DNA of 64,000 nucleotides, from positions 186,001-250,000 of the forward strand of contig NIVC01000158.1 of the NCBI GenBank assembly GCA_002269645.1. The letters run 5' to 3'. This document shows positions 62,690 through 64,000 of this stretch, one piece after another. Source of the stretch: Macrostomum lignano (lineage: Eukaryota). How positions within the stretch are numbered: the first letter of the stretch is position 1; every line of letters starts with the position of its first letter. A program made the translations under genes and the position numbers. The notes beneath the pieces were generated by a model. That model searched no databases. It worked only from the letters and a program-made list of their open reading frames with translations, and was not told where the DNA came from.

Positions 62690-63340
62690 AGGAAGGGAAA
62701 GAGATAGTAGCAGACAAGAAGGGGAAGACAGGGGCAGACAAGAAGGGGAGAGACAGAGGCAGACAAGGAAGGAGAGACAGGGGCAGACAAGAAGGGGAGA
62801 GACAGTGGCAGACAAGAAGGGGAGAGACAGGGGCAGACAAGAAGGGGAGAGACAGGGGCAGACAAGAAGGAGAGAGACAGTGGCAGACAAGAAGGGGAGA
62901 GACAGGGGCAGACAAGAAGGGGAGAGACAGTGGCAGACAAGAAGGGGAGAGACAGGGGCAGACAAGAAGGGGAGAGACAGGGGCAGACAAGAAGGGGAGA
63001 GACAGGGGCAGACAAGAAGGGGAGAGACAGGGGCAGACAAGAAGGGGAGAGACAGTGGCAGACAAGAAGGAGAGAGACAGGGGCAGACAAGAAGGGGAGA
63101 GACAGGGGCAGACAAGAAGGGGAGAGACAGGGGCAGATAAGAAGGGGAGAGACAGGGGCAGACAAGAAGGGGAGAGACAGGGGCAGACAAGAAGGGGAGA
63201 GACAGGGGCAGATAAGAAGGGGAGAGACAGGGGCAGACAAGAAGGGGAGAGACAGGGGCAGACAAGAAGGGGAGAGACAGGGCCAGACAAGAAGGGGAGA
63301 GACAGGGCCAGACAAGAAGGGAAAACAGGGCCAGACAAAG
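62690..63340. repeat. 25-bp minisatellite GACAGGGGCAGACAAGAAGGGGAGA
   Basis: Directly visible. Confidence 0.95.
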
Positions 63341-64000
63341 CTCTCTTATGCTGAGTTAATAATGTAATGGCATTGTCTCCTGTAAAGAAAGTGAAAATTG
63401 ACTCAAAAAGTCATGAAATCAATGCGAATCAAAGTGTTTTTGTGTAATTACAACAATTTCACAATATTATGAATGATTTGGTAAGCCTTCAAATCGAGTT
63501 TAATGATTGATATTTTTACAGACGGGTCCAGCTAAGCAATCGGTTAACTTACCGCTAGAGTGGCTAGCATCAGAGTGAGGGGTAGCTTGATCTATCGGTT
63601 GGCGAAACAGTTTAAAATGAAATTTATAACAAAGATAATTTCAGCAAAAATTTAAACTCTATATCTGGTCATGGGTTAGATAATTACTTTTATTGTAATG
63701 TGCATTAACAAGAACACTTCAACTTGATATTGGCTTTTAGAAGCAGAACTAAGGTGACCATTTAATGTTTTCTCCGGTTAACGGACCCTTGCTTTGCACT
63801 TTATATATTTGATTTAAATATCATTAAGTGCCTCTTTCAATAGCCAACTTTTTGCACACTACCATTTCGATAATGAATGGCTTGTAAAGTTGTGTTACGT
63901 GAGAATTTTTCAGCTTAGAGGGTACTGCTAAAATTATTTAGGTTTTTTCCAGTTTATGAAACTTTGAGCTGGTAAACTCCCAGATCTTTCAGGCATGTGA

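Overview
Eukaryotic (animal) genomic DNA: GC-rich, intron-containing genes embedded in a very dense set of micro- and minisatellite arrays. The overall style most resembles the flatworm Macrostomum lignano (inference, not verified). Gene models below were built by hand from splice sites with consistent reading-frame phases. + strand: a KLF1/2/4-type zinc-finger gene (2 exons), a 7-cadherin-repeat protocadherin (5 exons), then a co-oriented run FAM136A (2 exons), INTS5 (6 exons), CDC7 (2 exons) and PSMG3 (1 exon). - strand: an unrecognised 2-exon gene of ~290 aa and the terminal exon of an NPF-motif epsin-like gene. Mobile elements: a 5'-truncated RTE-like LINE with a 12-bp TSD, four non-autonomous TIR elements with 8-bp TSDs in an AT-rich tract (35.2-39.3 kb) and a probable tRNA-derived SINE head. 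Main leads: (1) almost every intron and gene end carries its own distinct minisatellite, often seeded at the splice site or stop codon; (2) FAM136A-INTS5-CDC7-PSMG3 looks like an SL-trans-spliced operon, with an acceptor AG 8-10 nt before each downstream ATG; (3) a MITE family with CCA...TGG ends; (4) the unrecognised gene. Most long ORFs in the supplied track are artefacts of the tandem repeats. Repeat boundaries are read by eye and approximate.
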